Source: Lysobacterales bacterium
GTDB taxonomy: Bacteria; Pseudomonadota; Gammaproteobacteria; Xanthomonadales; SZUA-5
Length of the DNA: 58,156 nucleotides
Reading direction: 5' to 3'
NCBI GenBank assembly: GCA_022844165.1
Contig: JALHMH010000031.1
Coordinates: forward strand, 1 to 58,156
Part shown: piece after piece, positions 55,858 through 58,156 of the stretch
Numbering within the stretch: the first letter of the stretch is position 1
How the letters are laid out: the number at the start of each line of letters is the position of its first letter
Made by a program: the position numbers and the translations under genes
Notes under the pieces: generated by a model
What the model saw: the letters and a program-made list of their open reading frames with translations, nothing else
What the model was told of the DNA's origin: nothing
Database searches by the model: none

Positions 55858-56473
55858 ACCAACCAATCGCCTCAGGTACCTTCGAAACGAAATGCTTAGT
55901 TTCGGTTTTGGCGTTGTGGGCGCGAAATTTTCTCATGAGCAAAAATTCCACCGAGCGACAGAATACGGTGCTTTTGTCGTAGTGGTGATTGCACACGAGA
56001 ATAATGATTCGGGGGAGCACTGTTTTTTAGTTGGTGTCAAAGACGACTTGATTGGTCCAATTGTAAATCACCCATCAAAACGAGAATGTGACGGCTATGA
56101 TATGAGCCTCAATAGGTACTTAATCACAACGGGTGTCAATGTTAACATAGGACTCGACGAGCAATACGAGAGGGCGCTCGATAGGTTACTGACCGATCTA
56201 AACACTATTTATGATCGATTTAGCACTCGTCGAGCCTACTTTAAGACCGTTACTGGATTGCCGGAATATTTTGACAAGGCTTTTGCCATCGCGGCTTCAG
56301 GTTATTATGGAGATCGGAGGCGGTGGGCAGCAGTGGCAAAATCTTGGGGCCTAAAGGAACGGATATTTAGAACGCTATCGTTTGGAATAAGTTCTACCTT
56401 AATCGCGCCCGTCCGTTTCCACAGATTATCAAAGTTTCTTCGTGATGAAGAACTTCCGGACTGGCCAGTTTAA
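55847..56473 (+). CDS. Putative immunity protein
   Basis: Low-GC 208-aa ORF overlapping the RHS stop by 11 nt, the usual toxin-immunity arrangement. Confidence 0.6.
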   Translation: MKSRPTNRLRYLRNEMLSFGFGVVGAKFSHEQKFHRATEYGAFVVVVIAHENNDSGEHCFLVGVKDDLIGPIVNHPSKRECDGYDMSLNRYLITTGVNVNIGLDEQYERALDRLLTDLNTIYDRFSTRRAYFKTVTGLPEYFDKAFAIAASGYYGDRRRWAAVAKSWGLKERIFRTLSFGISSTLIAPVRFHRLSKFLRDEELPDWPV

Positions 56474-56866
56474 TTAAAAGCCGACATGAAAAGGCAGGGC
56501 GAAAAAAGCAAAATCTAGTTGGAATTGGGAATCGCCAGATGGCGTTTTTGTTCTCATGAGTGGTCAGCGCTTCACATTCAAGGTGTGACGGTCATCTACA
56601 TGCAGGATAGACGATGGAACTGGACGGTTCGCCACCCGGGCTCAAATTTCAGTAACCCATCTGCGTATGTTCGAGCGCGGGACGCGAGATCGCTCCTCAC
56701 CGACGTCGAAAGCAGACAGTCCACGAGGAGCTTTCCTCCGCAACTGAAGAATCTTCACACCTGAACTAGCCTAATCTTTAGGAATGGCTTCAAATATTGG
56801 AAGGCAAATCTCTATTGTCCAATATAATAACGACAATCAAGAGAATGAAGGCCGATCCAATATGGA

Positions 56867-57790
56867 TTAATAATTGGCATCGGATCTCGATGTCCAGGAT
56901 ACTTGGAACACAGTATATTCCGTCGAAGCTCGCTTCTCAAAAGGTTCAGCGAAACGGCCCGAGCTTGCCCGCCAGACCGAAACATCGCGAAATACGGCTC
57001 CAACCAGCAAGCTTGCGAACGCAAAAACTTTGGGACCCAATGGCATTAATATACATCGAAAATTCTCACGAACGGCTCCGATTAACGCGAGTAACTGACG
57101 CATCAAAACCTCTCCATTCATGACGGGATAGCGGATGACATTAGAGGTCGGTATATCTCGAAGAATTAAAGAATTCGCACTTGAAACAGCAGCGTCATAC
57201 CGTTTGATTGTGGACTCAGGAAAGAAAAGCCATGTTTCAAAAGGGTCTATGTACTCCATGATTCCGAGCGCCTTCAACTGCTCGTAACCAAGACCACAAA
57301 CGAGGCCGACGGTCCGATCGGCTTCGCCTGTCCATCCCGAGAAAAAACCCGTGACGGGACAAAGAAATTCATTTTGCGGCTCATTCTCGGGTGGTGGTGA
57401 AAATTCGGCGAGAGAATAATAAACCTCTAGAAGATAGTCGCCCCTTTTATGCAGTGCTTCTACGATCTGCGCCAAGCGAATTCGCGTGAAGCAAGATATG
57501 TCGAGAAGCACAGACGGGCACGCAATCTCTTTGAACGATTCAAGCAACTTTTCAAGAAACCCAGAAAACTCCGCATCTGAAACTGCATAAAACTCAAATT
57601 CGGCTTCGGCAAAGCTTCGTCGATTCGCATGAAACGACAAAACCTCTCGTTCGCCATAACCGATAGCTACGCGCCGCCCTGATAACTGTCGACGACCTAG
57701 CAAGCTGCTCGAACGGGATTCGTAGCCGCAAGACGCGATTACAAGATCGTGCTGTAGCGCCCCGTCAGCGGAACTAATCCTTAGCGTCAT
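56867..57790 (-). CDS. Hypothetical Rossmann-like protein, possibly defence-associated
   Basis: Low GC; GYESRS, LDISCFTR, CGLGYE, LMPLGPKVFA; overlaps the upstream gene's stop. Confidence 0.6.
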   Translation of the reverse strand: MTLRISSADGALQHDLVIASCGYESRSSSLLGRRQLSGRRVAIGYGEREVLSFHANRRSFAEAEFEFYAVSDAEFSGFLEKLLESFKEIACPSVLLDISCFTRIRLAQIVEALHKRGDYLLEVYYSLAEFSPPPENEPQNEFLCPVTGFFSGWTGEADRTVGLVCGLGYEQLKALGIMEYIDPFETWLFFPESTIKRYDAAVSSANSLILRDIPTSNVIRYPVMNGEVLMRQLLALIGAVRENFRCILMPLGPKVFAFASLLVGAVFRDVSVWRASSGRFAEPFEKRASTEYTVFQVSWTSRSDANY

Positions 57791-58156
57791 TGTCCAACTC
57801 CAGCGAGAACTGAGGATTGTCATTGCGCGCACGCGAAAAGCTGTCTCGACTTGAGAGGATTGTCGATAAATGGATTGCTTTCCCAGTCATTAGCGGTAGC
57901 GCAAAATCCGGAGCCAACCAATTAGATAGCCTAAACCGGCGACCTTCTAGACCTTTTGTGAACAGATCAAAAACTTCTGCTTGGAGAGGGACGAGCGCCC
58001 CCAAGTACAATGCCTGCGCCACTGCGGCCTGCATGCTGCGGAATGTGTCAACCTTTTTCCAACGTTTTTCGTCAATTATTAAGATGAACAATCGGGATGT
58101 CAGATGGCTCGGTTGGTGGTGGTTGAGAAGCAAAGCTGCCGCTGGCCTCGATGAGC
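57774..58156 (-). CDS. C-terminal part of an uncharacterised protein, cut by the window edge
   Basis: Coherent C-terminal frame ALYLGAL...RFRLSNWLAPDFALPL..GKAIHLSTIL; overlaps the start of the next gene. Confidence 0.5.
   Translation of the reverse strand, partial: SSRPAAALLLNHHQPSHLTSRLFILIIDEKRWKKVDTFRSMQAAVAQALYLGALVPLQAEVFDLFTKGLEGRRFRLSNWLAPDFALPLMTGKAIHLSTILSSRDSFSRARNDNPQFSLELDNDAKD

Noticed and set aside
56519-56764. 81-aa ORF as a second immunity or orphan module
   Set aside because: TTG start, no recognisable motif and no RHS core remnant; cannot be supported.

Overview
A GC-rich gammaproteobacterial chromosome segment, probably Xanthomonadales-like (inferred from the ThiC, AlaS, CarB and LptD sequences). 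The housekeeping core comprises glycine riboswitch-gcvP, carB, an fnr-like gene, mobA, usp, lptD-surA-pdxA-rsmA, tRNA-Ser, csrA, alaS, putP, TPP riboswitch-thiC, tRNA-Gly/Cys/Leu and aqpZ. Left accessory region: a tail-collar/GNAT/methyltransferase/glycosyltransferase cluster, then a broken diversity-generating retroelement (DUF4062 gene joined to the 3' third of an RT, an AAC-rich template repeat, a structured spacer and a deleted FGE-sulfatase target). Two MITE-like elements bracket the glycine riboswitch, and a DUF1778/GNAT toxin-antitoxin pair sits beside tRNA-derived repeats. Right accessory region (about 20 kb): a 5'-truncated >3100-aa beta-propeller/Ig/choice-of-anchor-A surface protein, followed by a signal-peptide-bearing inactive-transglutaminase-Ig-RHS protein with a PD-(D/E)xK-like C-terminal toxin, interrupted by one in-frame TAG. 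An immunity candidate and the end of a low-GC, possibly defence-related operon close the window. All family calls come from motif recognition by eye; no database searches were run.
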